Shown: piece after piece, positions 19,760 through 28,630 of the stretch
How positions within the stretch are numbered: position 1 is the stretch's first letter
Layout: each line of letters begins with the position of its first letter
DNA from: Thermoplasmata archaeon
Lineage (GTDB): Archaea > Thermoplasmatota > Thermoplasmata > Lutacidiplasmatales > UBA184
Direction of reading: 5' to 3'
DNA length: 64,000 bases
Assembly: GCA_028864975.1 (NCBI GenBank)
Contig: JAGWLG010000011.1
Span: 26,081 to 90,080 of the forward strand
The notes under the pieces: model-generated
The model's input: the letters and a program-made list of their open reading frames with translations, nothing else
What the model was told of the DNA's origin: nothing
Database searches by the model: none
Translations under genes and position numbers: made by a program

Positions 19760-21070
19760 ATGAGGGTCTACGTCGAGGCCTACGGGTGCGCCCAGAACCT
19801 GGGGGAGGCGGAGGCGCTCCGAGCGCTCGCGACCTCGCAGGGACATCTCCTCGCCGACCGCCCGTCGGAGGCGGATGTCGGGGTCCTCGTGACGTGTGCG
19901 GTCATCGGCCACACGGAGGACCACATGGTCGAACGGTGGCGAGAGCTCTCAAGCGTGCTGCCGCACACCGTGGTCACGGGTTGCATGGTTCCCCTCCGCC
20001 AGGAGCGACTCACCGCTCCCGGGGCGCGGGGAACGACCCACCTGCTTCCGATCCGGGCGCAGGAGAAGCTCCCGGAGCTTCTGCGGTCCCTGCCCGGTCC
20101 CGGGGCGGTCGCGGCCCCCCCGGTCGGGAACGCCGAACATGGAGGGCTCCTCCAGGTTCGCCCCAAGGTCCCTCCGGCGGAAGCGACGGTCCACCGTGAG
20201 CTCGTCCTGGCCCAAGGGTGCACGAGCCACTGCACGTACTGCTTCTCTCGTCTGGCGAGGGGACCCCTCAAGAGCACCCCGCTCCCGCACTTGCTCGCCC
20301 AGGCACGCGCGGCGATCGCGGGGGGGGCGGTCGAGCTGCGGGTGAGCTCCCTGGACACCTCCTGCTGGGGCGAGGACCTGGGGGAGGGCGGTCCGCGCCT
20401 CCCCGAGGCCGTCCGCGAGCTCTCGGCCCTTCCCGCGCCCAAAGACTTCCGACTGCGCGTGGGCATGATGAGCCCGCAGACCCTTTCGACGATCTCCGAG
20501 CCCTACTTCGAGGCCCTCTCCTCCCTCCCCCGGATGTTCCGGTTCCTCCATCTTCCCGTCCAGTCAGGGTCCGACCGCGTGCTGAGCGCCATGAAGCGGG
20601 GCTACGCCGTCGAGACCTTCCTGAGGCTGGTCGCGAGGGCCCGGGAGCTCGTCCCCGACCTCATGCTGTCGACCGATGTTATCGTCGGCTTCCCCGGCGA
20701 AAGGCCCGAGGACCACGAATCGACGCTTCGGCTCCTCGAGAGCGTCCGCCCCGAGGTCCTGAATCTCACGAGGTTCTCCCCGCGCCCCATGACCCCTGCC
20801 GCACGATGGGAGCCGATCGTGAGCCGCGTCGTGAAGGAACGCTCCCGGGAGGTCACCGCGCTCAGGCTCCGACTGGCGAGAGGAAGAATGGAACGGTGGG
20901 TCGGATGGAAAGGCCGCGGGGTCGTGACCGAGCATGGGCCCGAGGGGACGTGCGTCGCCCGGATGCCGAACTACCTCCCCGTGGTCCTGCCCGAGCGCCG
21001 ACCCCTGGGGACCTGGCTCGACCTCACGGTCCGCGGAGCGCGCTCGACCTACCTGCTCGGTGAGAGCTAG
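19760..21070 (+). CDS. mtaB: tRNA methylthiotransferase (MtaB/e-MtaB, radical SAM)
   Basis: UPF0004 N-terminus YVEAYGC, CxxxCxxC (CTSHCTYC), FLHLPVQSGS, TDVIVGFPGE, C-terminal TRAM-like region. Confidence 0.85.
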   Translation: MRVYVEAYGCAQNLGEAEALRALATSQGHLLADRPSEADVGVLVTCAVIGHTEDHMVERWRELSSVLPHTVVTGCMVPLRQERLTAPGARGTTHLLPIRAQEKLPELLRSLPGPGAVAAPPVGNAEHGGLLQVRPKVPPAEATVHRELVLAQGCTSHCTYCFSRLARGPLKSTPLPHLLAQARAAIAGGAVELRVSSLDTSCWGEDLGEGGPRLPEAVRELSALPAPKDFRLRVGMMSPQTLSTISEPYFEALSSLPRMFRFLHLPVQSGSDRVLSAMKRGYAVETFLRLVARARELVPDLMLSTDVIVGFPGERPEDHESTLRLLESVRPEVLNLTRFSPRPMTPAARWEPIVSRVVKERSREVTALRLRLARGRMERWVGWKGRGVVTEHGPEGTCVARMPNYLPVVLPERRPLGTWLDLTVRGARSTYLLGES

Positions 21071-21127
21071 CACGCTATCCGACGAGAGGGCGCGTCTTTA
21101 TCTCTACGAAAATCGCTATCCCACGAC

Positions 21128-21628
21128 GTGGACGACATCGACCGTCGCATCCTCCAGCTGCTCAAGGAGGACGGACGGGCCACCAACGCCGAGGTCGGGA
21201 CGAAGATCGGCCTCTCGGAAGGGGCGGTGCGCCGGCGTATCGCCCGCATGCGGGCCGAGGGAACGATTCTTCGGTTCACCGTGGTCACCCTCCCCCTGGG
21301 ACCGGAAGGCCTGGTCCTGATCCGGTGCCGGCCCGGGAAGACGGCGACCATCCTCGAGCACGTCCGGCAGAGGGCCACCGAGGTCTTCGAGTCCTCGGGA
21401 GAGTACGACCTGGGGGCCATCATCGAGTGCGGAACGATGGACGCGCTCAATCGGGAGCTGGATGCGATCCGCGCCCTCGATGGAGTGGACGCCACGTTGA
21501 CCCTGATCCGTCTCACGCGATGGCAGAAGACCCCCCAGGCCGCGCCCGGAGGGGCGGCCCCGGTGGCTCCCTCCCGTGCCGCTCCCGCCCCTCCCCCTCG
21601 CCGACCCATGGGGAGCAAGGGGCGCTGA
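21128..21628 (+). CDS. Lrp/AsnC family transcriptional regulator
   Basis: DDIDRRILQLLKEDGRATNAEVG..IGLSEGAVRRRI wHTH; SGEYDL RAM domain; TATA-like CTTTATCT upstream. Confidence 0.92.
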   Translation: MDDIDRRILQLLKEDGRATNAEVGTKIGLSEGAVRRRIARMRAEGTILRFTVVTLPLGPEGLVLIRCRPGKTATILEHVRQRATEVFESSGEYDLGAIIECGTMDALNRELDAIRALDGVDATLTLIRLTRWQKTPQAAPGGAAPVAPSRAAPAPPPRRPMGSKGR

Positions 21629-21750
21629 CCGGGGGGCCCGACCTCTCCTTGCGAAGGCGTCCGATGGCCCCGTGTGACGCTCGAGGATCGGCCCGGTGGG
21701 AGGTCCACGAGGGACAACCCGTGGGGACACCTAGAGGGGCCTAGAACCTC

Positions 21751-22872
21751 ATGGCGACAGTCGCGATCGGTCCCATCTTCCTCGGTGTCGGGGTCCTCAT
21801 CGTCCTCGTGGTCGTCCTGATCCTGGTCTGGCGCGTCATCGTGCCGATGTGGGTGAAGCGACGCCAGGCCCAGGTCGCCGAGGGGACCGCCTGGATCGAG
21901 GACCGGGCCTGGAACCAGATCCAGGCCGCGAAGGCGCTCGCGGACTTCCTCGACCGGGAAGGGACCGACATCCGAGAAGCGGTCGTGCAGATCGAGGTGG
22001 CCACGGGAAAGTACGAGATGAGGCGCTACGTGGAGGCGCAGCGGCTTGCGAAGGAGGTCACCGAGAAGCTCGCGGCTCGCCGCAAGCGCCCCCGCGAAAC
22101 CCCGGGCGCCTCGACCCCCAAGCCGGTCGGCAAGCCGATCGTCGAGCCCGAACCCGAGGGCCCCACGCACCGAGACCTTGCCCGAAGGGTGGGCGACCCC
22201 GACCCCGAGGAGAGGCCCTCCCCGACCCGAGGGTCTATCTCCTCCCCTCCGCTCCGGGCCACCGAAGCTGGAGCGGGGGGAGACGTGGAGCACGACGAAG
22301 AGGAGGGGAGCGCTCCACCGGAGGAGATCGAGGACGGGACGATCACCGCCGAGCGCGCGAAGCGACCGAAGGACTTCATGGAGGCACGTTTCATGCTAAC
22401 TTCGCTCCAGAACGACCTCGATGCGGCTCCCGCCGAGCGGAAGCAGGACCCGGCGGTCCGGGAGGCCCGCGACTGGGCCCAGAAGAGCCAGGCTTCCTTC
22501 GACCGGAAGGACTACACCGAGAGCCTGCGTCTTGCCATGCGGGGACGAAGGAGGCTCGGCGGGGCCGGGATCTCGACCATCAGTGTTGGGGCGGGGACCG
22601 TCGTCGAGGCTCCCCCGGAGGAGCTCTCCCCTACGGCGCGCCGCTCCTCGGCTCCACCCCCAACGGCCGCCACCTCCGCGCCCCCTTCCGCCACGGCCCC
22701 AACGTCCCCGGCGATGTCGTGTGGCCGGTGCGGTCGGGTCAACAACTCCGGGGACCGGTTCTGTCGGGGCTGCGGAGCCATGCTGGCTCCTCCCAGCTGT
22801 CCCCGGTGCCACCGCCCTGTGGAAGCGGACGACAGGTTCTGCCACGGCTGCGGAAGCCCGCTCGGGGGCTGA
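21751..22872 (+). CDS. Membrane-anchored protein with C-terminal double zinc ribbon
   Basis: N-terminal TM helix; C-terminal CGRCG...FCRGCG and CPRCH...FCHGCG. Confidence 0.8.
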   Translation: MATVAIGPIFLGVGVLIVLVVVLILVWRVIVPMWVKRRQAQVAEGTAWIEDRAWNQIQAAKALADFLDREGTDIREAVVQIEVATGKYEMRRYVEAQRLAKEVTEKLAARRKRPRETPGASTPKPVGKPIVEPEPEGPTHRDLARRVGDPDPEERPSPTRGSISSPPLRATEAGAGGDVEHDEEEGSAPPEEIEDGTITAERAKRPKDFMEARFMLTSLQNDLDAAPAERKQDPAVREARDWAQKSQASFDRKDYTESLRLAMRGRRRLGGAGISTISVGAGTVVEAPPEELSPTARRSSAPPPTAATSAPPSATAPTSPAMSCGRCGRVNNSGDRFCRGCGAMLAPPSCPRCHRPVEADDRFCHGCGSPLGG

Positions 22873-22929
22873 ACGCTCTCGCGAGGCCCCCTGGCGAGGC
22901 TGGTCCCGACGCAAGAGGAGGGACACGTC

Positions 22930-23895
22930 TTGCTCCAGGACCCGACGCTTGCGTGGTTGCTCGAACGCGAGCAGCCCGCCGTGCGCTACCGCGCCCTGAC
23001 CGAGCTCCTGGGAAGGCCGAAGAGCGACCCCCAGGTCCGCGAGGCCCGGGCGGAGATCCCTCGGCGGGGGTGGGCCGCGGACCTCCTCGCAAGGCGGGAC
23101 CCGGGGGGTTGGTGGGTGAGCCCGAAGAGCCTCTACACGCCGAAGTACCTCAGCACGAACTGGCAGCTGCTGGTCCTCTCCGACCTTGGCCTCACGCGGG
23201 CCCATCCCCAGATCCGGCGGTCCTGCGAGCTCTGGATGAAGGTCTTCGCGCTCGAGGGAGGGGGCGTGGGAAGGAACTCGAAGGGAAAGGGCCACCACTG
23301 CGTCGTGGGCAACATGACCCGGGCGCTGATCCGGTTCGGGTACGTGGACGACCCTCGCATTCGACGGAGCCTCGAGTGGCTGGTCCAAACGGCCCACCCA
23401 CGCGGGGGATGGTCCTGTTTCAGCGACTACTGGGCCGGGCGGAACCTCGACTCGTGGGAAGGCCTCTCCGCCTTTACGGTCTACCCGCGGTCGAAGTGGT
23501 CCCCGGCGATGAAGGAGTGCGTCCAGAAGGGGGCCGAGTTCTTTCTGGAACGGGAGCTACATCGCCAGGGTGCGCGCTACGCGCCCTGGTACCGCCTCCA
23601 CTACCCGGTCCACTACTACTACGACCTGCTGGTGGGTCTGGACGTGCTGACCGCCCTGGGCTACGGGTCGGACCCTCGCCTGAGCTTCGTGTTGAAGTGG
23701 CTGCGCTCTAAGCGACGCAGGGATGGGCGGTGGGACCTCGACGCCCAGCATCCGGATGCGGGGGGCGCCTACGGTCGATGGATGCGGGAGCATCCCCGAC
23801 AACGACCGACCCCGCTCGTCCTGGAAAGGCCCGGAGAACCGAGCAAGATGGTCACGCTGCGTGCCCTCACGGTGCTCTTGAGGGTGGGGGGCTGA
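22930..23895 (+). CDS. Prenyltransferase/squalene-oxidase-repeat (alpha/alpha barrel) family protein
   Basis: WLLEREQPAVRY...LYTPKYLSTNWQL..., repeated L.WL..Q..GGW-like units, YYYDLL.GL..L..LG. Confidence 0.65.
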   Translation: MLQDPTLAWLLEREQPAVRYRALTELLGRPKSDPQVREARAEIPRRGWAADLLARRDPGGWWVSPKSLYTPKYLSTNWQLLVLSDLGLTRAHPQIRRSCELWMKVFALEGGGVGRNSKGKGHHCVVGNMTRALIRFGYVDDPRIRRSLEWLVQTAHPRGGWSCFSDYWAGRNLDSWEGLSAFTVYPRSKWSPAMKECVQKGAEFFLERELHRQGARYAPWYRLHYPVHYYYDLLVGLDVLTALGYGSDPRLSFVLKWLRSKRRRDGRWDLDAQHPDAGGAYGRWMREHPRQRPTPLVLERPGEPSKMVTLRALTVLLRVGG

Positions 23896-23899
23896 AGAG

Positions 23900-24550
23900 C
23901 TGCCAGCCCTCCCTGCCCCCCGGTCCACAACAGCCGCGGGGCCTCCCGGGTACGAGGGGCGCTTCGACCTCGCAGGCTGGGACCTGATCCATGCCCTCGG
24001 GCGGCAGAGCAAGCGCCTCCCCCGAAGGGAACGTGCTCTGATCGATCTGGGCATGGGCCGCGGACGTGACCTGATCTTCCTCTCGCGCCACGGTTTCCGG
24101 GTCCTGGGGGTGGACCGTGACCCGATGGCGATCGCGAGGGCCCGGCGGCGGGCGGCAGGTCTCGGGCTGCCTATACGAACGGAGCTCGCGGACCTTCGGA
24201 CCTACCGGCTCCGGGGCTCCTACGAGGTCCTCTTCTCCTCCTCGGCCCTGAACCACCTGCCGCCCAGCGGACGGGCACGACGCTTCGCCCACTTCCAGCG
24301 TGCGACCGTCCCGGAGGGGATCCACGCCATCAACGTGTTCGACGCGAAGGAGTACGCCCGACCGTCGCCGGACATCGATCCCGGAGGACTCCCCTTCCGC
24401 CGGGGGGAACTTCGGTCCTACTACCGCCGCTGGTCGGTCCTCGAGGACCGCGAACTCGCTCTGGAGTGCAGGTTCGGTGGCCGTCCCCATCGGCACTTCT
24501 GGCAGGTGATCGTCGCGCAGAAGCCCAAGTCAGGGGCCATGACGAGGTAG
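23900..24550 (+). CDS. TehB-like class I SAM methyltransferase (start uncertain)
   Basis: Motif I ALIDLGMGRGRD straddles the ATG at 24053. The frame is open from 23882 with no ATG/GTG/TTG before 24053; 23900 is a CTG candidate. Confidence 0.65.
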   Translation: MPALPAPRSTTAAGPPGYEGRFDLAGWDLIHALGRQSKRLPRRERALIDLGMGRGRDLIFLSRHGFRVLGVDRDPMAIARARRRAAGLGLPIRTELADLRTYRLRGSYEVLFSSSALNHLPPSGRARRFAHFQRATVPEGIHAINVFDAKEYARPSPDIDPGGLPFRRGELRSYYRRWSVLEDRELALECRFGGRPHRHFWQVIVAQKPKSGAMTR

Positions 24551-24592
24551 CCAGCCCCGCTCCTCCTCGAGGGCGGGTCCGAGCGCGAAACC

Positions 24593-25915
24593 TCAGGCGA
24601 ACTGCTCGAGCCGCCTCTGGTGCTTCCAGTCCTTGAGCCAGTGGCTCTGGGTGAGCCATCTTCCCACGGGGATCTCGAAGAACGAGGAGATCCTGCGGAC
24701 CACGTCTTCGTAGGTCGCCAGCCGCTCGGGTGGATGGGTCAGCGCGGCGCGGACGTGCTCCCGGACGTTCCAGACCCCGAGGGGCATGACCTGCTCCGGA
24801 TGGGTCTCCCGCAGGACGACAACGCCCGCCTGCCGCTGCAGGCACTCGAGGTGCTCGCTCGTCGCCAGTCGGGCCGCGTAGTAGCACCCCCCCATCCCGG
24901 CGTAGGTGGTCCGCCCCTGGTTCCCCTCCCAGTCCCCCAGCATGACGACCTGCTCCCCGAGGGGGTTCCAGAGCGTGCCAGGGTACCAGGCCTCGATCGA
25001 TTCGTATCTCCAGGCCCCAGGAAGCAGGAGCAGGAACCAGCGGTCCCCGAGGGCGTTCAGCGTGTAGAGAAGGAACTCGGAGAGCTCGGGAAGGTCCCGA
25101 ACCTGCTCCAGGTTCTCCTTCGAGAGGAGGTCGTCGACCGCCGTGATCGACCAACGCGTGGGGACGAACCTCCGATGGCCACGACGTCCGAGGGTCCCGG
25201 CGCTGAAGGCGCGTTGGATCCGGGAAACGGGTACCTCCTTCTCGTAGAGCTCGGCCACCCCGATCCGGGCCGTCGCGTGAAGGTCATCGGAGGCCTTCTC
25301 CAGGCGAGCGTCGACCTTCCTCACCTCCGAGCGGAAGTCGTCCAGGGGGGCCGACGCTCCGAAGGGCGGAGCTTCGTCGGAGAGCTCCAGGCGGACGCGG
25401 GGAGCCCGGTGGAAGTGGGCCTCGGTCTCCGCGCTGTCTTGGGCGAGCGCCACCAGCTGGACATCTTGGATGAGCCGCGTGCCGCTCTCGGCGTCCGTGA
25501 CCTTCACGGGGGCGGTCCCACGCACCAGGGAGGTACGGTAGTTCACGATCTCCTGGAGGGGCCGTCCGACCCAGCGCTCGGGCGTATCGTAGAGGAGCGT
25601 GTCCCCGTGCTCCGGAGAGAGGAGCGGACCGATGCTCACGTGGGGGTAGCCGATCCTGCCGACGAAGATCCCCGGGGGCGTGCTCCCCTCCCAGTCCTTC
25701 TGCCCGAGCATCGGGAGGGTCCTCCCCAGGCCATTGTAACGAAGGAGGAGCGGACAGACCGGTTTCCCGCAGAGGAGCTGAGCCGAACGGCACCTCAGGC
25801 ACATCGTCGGGTCCTCTCGGAGCCCGGGGATGGTCCAGATCAGAGAGGGGTCGGACGAGGCCCCGGGGAGGGGAGAGCTCACCCGACGGCTCTCGGGGAA
25901 GATGTCCGTGCTCAT
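24593..25915 (-). CDS. nreA: Nre family DNA repair protein
   Basis: N-terminal CxxC-x6-C-x4-CP, GSTPPGIFVGRIGYP, VPTRWSITAVDD, GGCYYAARL, C-terminal PIP box QRRLEQF. Confidence 0.92.
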   Translation of the reverse strand: MSTDIFPESRRVSSPLPGASSDPSLIWTIPGLREDPTMCLRCRSAQLLCGKPVCPLLLRYNGLGRTLPMLGQKDWEGSTPPGIFVGRIGYPHVSIGPLLSPEHGDTLLYDTPERWVGRPLQEIVNYRTSLVRGTAPVKVTDAESGTRLIQDVQLVALAQDSAETEAHFHRAPRVRLELSDEAPPFGASAPLDDFRSEVRKVDARLEKASDDLHATARIGVAELYEKEVPVSRIQRAFSAGTLGRRGHRRFVPTRWSITAVDDLLSKENLEQVRDLPELSEFLLYTLNALGDRWFLLLLPGAWRYESIEAWYPGTLWNPLGEQVVMLGDWEGNQGRTTYAGMGGCYYAARLATSEHLECLQRQAGVVVLRETHPEQVMPLGVWNVREHVRAALTHPPERLATYEDVVRRISSFFEIPVGRWLTQSHWLKDWKHQRRLEQFA

Positions 25916-25991
25916 CGTTGGACCGACAAAGTACGGTCGTGGTGCTCAAATAGAGCGACCAGATGGTGAAACGGTCCGCCACGTGCGGCTT

Positions 25992-26066
25992 GGGTCTGTG
26001 GGCTAGCTTGGTCTAGACTTGGGCGTTCGGGACGCTCAGACTCCGGTTCAAATCCGGACAGACCCA
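25992..26066 (+). tRNA. tRNA-Pro (CGG)
   Basis: Acceptor GGGTCTG/CAGACCC plus A; anticodon arm GGGCG-TTCGGGA-CGCTC; T-arm CCGG-TTCAAAT-CCGG; no intron, no encoded CCA. Confidence 0.95.
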
Positions 26067-26219
26067 TACTCATCAAGGCCGCCCGCTCTCGCCCTCTCTT
26101 CTCGACCCCTCCTCGCGGGAAGGGTCGGTCAAGCCCGAGAGGCCTTCCCTTCCCTTCCCCGCCTCCGTGCGTATGACCGACAGCTCCGGCCGAGGCGAGA
26201 CGGATCGGCATGCGGGAGC

Positions 26220-27116
26220 TCAAGCGAGGAGATGGTCGAGATACCCCGAAACCCCATCAAGGTCGCGAACGGGGGGCGGGAAGGACATTCGTTCACCAAG
26301 ATCCCGGGCGAGCCAGGAGAAGAGGTCGCGTCCTGACCTCAGCGCGTCCGCGATCGACCCCCGGTCGTATCTTGCGACGGTGCGGGAAAAGTCACGTACG
26401 GCGCGCGGATCCGCCCACGTTTCGAAGAACCTCGCATCATGCCAAACGTCCACGGCACGGTTGCTTCTCGCTAGGGCGTGCCATCGCACCATCTGGACCA
26501 GCAGGACTCGCAGGTACCCGTTGGTGGCACCCAACGATGTGAGGAGCTCGCCTCGCCGGAGCTTCTTGGCGGTCCAGATGAGATGGAACCAGTAGTCGTT
26601 CGAGAGATTGGCGAACTCGTCCGACGTAGGCAGCTTCGGCGGCTCCGCCTTCACCGCCGTGGGCATGACGATCCCGTCCTTGTTCGTCAGGACCCGGAAC
26701 CCGCGTGCCAGGACCTCGGCCGCGCCGGGGGTCCGGAGGACCACCTCCTCGGGGTGGCGCATTAGCCGTTTCAGAGCGTAGTAGAGGAAGAGCGAACCCC
26801 GCCCCACGAAGGGGAAGACCGCCAGATCCACATCCTGGCCGTCCTCGAAGAGCACGCGGACCTCCTCCCCCGAGCCCAAGCCGTTCGGCTCGCGATGGAC
26901 GGTCCAGGGACGGCCCAGCTTCTCAACCCACGCAAATTCGCGAAGCAGCAGACCGGGCTGACGGACGAAGAGCGCGACGTCAATGTCCGAGAAGGCGTCC
27001 GCCGGTCTATTCGTTCGCGCTTGCGAACCCACGAGGATCGCCAGGCGGACGTTCCCGTCGGCTTCCGACCAGTGTGCAAGGCGGGGGATCCACTCAGCGG
27101 CAGGAGGCGCGGGCAT
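26220..27116 (-). CDS. Aminoglycoside 6-adenylyltransferase (AadK-like) family nucleotidyltransferase
   Basis: VRLAILVGSQAR...DAFSDIDV, VLFEDGQDVD, NDYWFHLIWTAKKLRRGEL, RFFETWAD. Start could extend to the GTG at 27203. Confidence 0.8.
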   Translation of the reverse strand: MPAPPAAEWIPRLAHWSEADGNVRLAILVGSQARTNRPADAFSDIDVALFVRQPGLLLREFAWVEKLGRPWTVHREPNGLGSGEEVRVLFEDGQDVDLAVFPFVGRGSLFLYYALKRLMRHPEEVVLRTPGAAEVLARGFRVLTNKDGIVMPTAVKAEPPKLPTSDEFANLSNDYWFHLIWTAKKLRRGELLTSLGATNGYLRVLLVQMVRWHALARSNRAVDVWHDARFFETWADPRAVRDFSRTVARYDRGSIADALRSGRDLFSWLARDLGERMSFPPPVRDLDGVSGYLDHLLA

Positions 27117-27480
27117 CTTCACGGGACCCGTCTCCGGGTTCTTGATGGTGCCGTCGCGGTGGTGGCACCTTTGTTCCTCCTTGAGCCCGGATGGCCCGAG
27201 CACCGCCCCCGCACGTCAATAGGGGGGGCTCTTCGCGTCTCGCCGGGACCGGATAGTCTCGTGCCGCCCCTCGGTTCAGTCGCGATGCCAGAGCCCCGAT
27301 GGACGAGGACAGGCGGCGCCCATCCCTATCCACCCAGGAATCTCCCGTTGTTCTCGTCACCTCTCTACCTTTCCCCTGGTCAAGGCGCCCGTTCGTGATG
27401 TCCGGTTCTGACCCGCGTGGAACCCTGAGGGTCCAGCAGCGCGTGGGACTGACCCTCGGGACACCCGCCCCTCGGGGGAT

Positions 27481-27500
27481 GAATTGGAATCCACCAATTC
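27481..27500 (+). promoter_or_regulatory. Inverted repeat GAATTGG-N6-CCAATTC, putative operator of the mfnB operon
   Basis: Perfect 7-bp AT-rich arms in GC-rich context, 78 bp upstream of ATG 27578. Confidence 0.6.
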
Positions 27501-27577
27501 TCTAAGACCTCCCAGCCGAGATGAGGCTCGAACCGGCCCAACTCCTCGAGGGCGAGGGCGGTCAAGAGCGTGGGACC

Positions 27578-28342
27578 ATGATGTTGATGGTGAGCGTCCA
27601 GGACCTCAAGGAGGCCCGAGAGAGCGTCGCCGGCGGCGCGGACATCGTCGATGTCAAGAACCTCCAGGAGGCGCTGGTCGGTTCCAACTTCCCCCCGGTG
27701 GTCCGTGAGGTCCGAAGGGCGTTCCCGAAGCGCATCCACGTGAGCGTAACCTTGGGGGTCGCGCCCAACCAACCCGGCACGGTGGCCATGGCCGTGTATG
27801 GCGCCGCCGCGCTCGAGGCGACCTCGGTCAAGGTCGGGTTCGTCCAGACGCACTACGCCACGGCGCTCGACATCCTCAAGGAGAGCCGAAGGGCGCTCGA
27901 AGGCTCGCAGACGAAGCTCATCGCCGCGACCTTCGCGGACGCTCCCCTTTTCCCCGGTGGCATCGACCCCAAACTGGTGGTCCGACTGGGGAAGGAGAGC
28001 CGCAGCGATGGGATCCTCATCGACACCCTGACCAAGGATGGCAGGAACCTCTTCGACTTCCTGGACGAGGCCACGCTTCGTTCGCTCGTCACCGAGGGCA
28101 AGGAGGCGGGGATGAGCACGGCCCTCTCCGGTCACCTGAGGATCCCGAACCTGAACGCCCTCGTCCGGATCAACCCGGACATCGTGGGGGTCCGGGGCGC
28201 GGTCTGCGCCAACGGGGACCGGGAGAAAGGCGCGGTCGCCGCCTCGGCCGTAGCGAGGCTCCGCACCGAGCTTGACGCGAGGCTCACCGGCAGGGTCGAT
28301 GTCTACTCGGAACCTGGCCCCCCCGACGTGCTGGTGGCCTGA
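27578..28342 (+). CDS. mfnB: (5-formylfuran-3-yl)methyl phosphate synthase (DUF556) family
   Basis: GGADIVDVKN, PGTVAMA..GAA, SVKVG, LIDTLTKDG, PDIVGVRGAVC..GDR. Confidence 0.88.
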   Translation: MMLMVSVQDLKEARESVAGGADIVDVKNLQEALVGSNFPPVVREVRRAFPKRIHVSVTLGVAPNQPGTVAMAVYGAAALEATSVKVGFVQTHYATALDILKESRRALEGSQTKLIAATFADAPLFPGGIDPKLVVRLGKESRSDGILIDTLTKDGRNLFDFLDEATLRSLVTEGKEAGMSTALSGHLRIPNLNALVRINPDIVGVRGAVCANGDREKGAVAASAVARLRTELDARLTGRVDVYSEPGPPDVLVA

Positions 28343-28352
28343 GGGAGCGAAC

Positions 28353-28619
28353 ATGCCTCCTGTCGCACTGACCATCGATGGGACGGACCGGACCTGCAAG
28401 GGGGTCATCGCGAAGCTCGAGACCGGCCTCCATGACCTTCCAGTGGGGAGCCTCTTCATGGCGATCGTCGGCGACGTACCGACCCGTGTCGATGTGCGGG
28501 CCTGGGCCGACCGGAGGGGGCACCGCGTGCTCGAGGACCGTACCCGCGATCGAGGAGGCGGCTTCGAGCTCCTACTCGCCAAAGGGCCTTCCATGGACCA
28601 CGGCGAGATCGGGAGCTGA
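28353..28619 (+). CDS. TusA/SirA-like sulfur carrier family protein
   Basis: About 88 aa: IDGTDRTCKG...L.VG.LF.....D..T.VDV.AWA...GH.V...FELLLAK. Confidence 0.7.
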   Translation: MPPVALTIDGTDRTCKGVIAKLETGLHDLPVGSLFMAIVGDVPTRVDVRAWADRRGHRVLEDRTRDRGGGFELLLAKGPSMDHGEIGS

Positions 28620-28630
28620 GGGAGGGGGCG

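Noticed and set aside
22930-23895. Nitrogenase or squalene-hopene cyclase assignment
   Set aside because: No P-loop or Fe-S Cys of NifH, and no DXDD cyclase motif. Only a generic alpha/alpha-barrel repeat family is supported.
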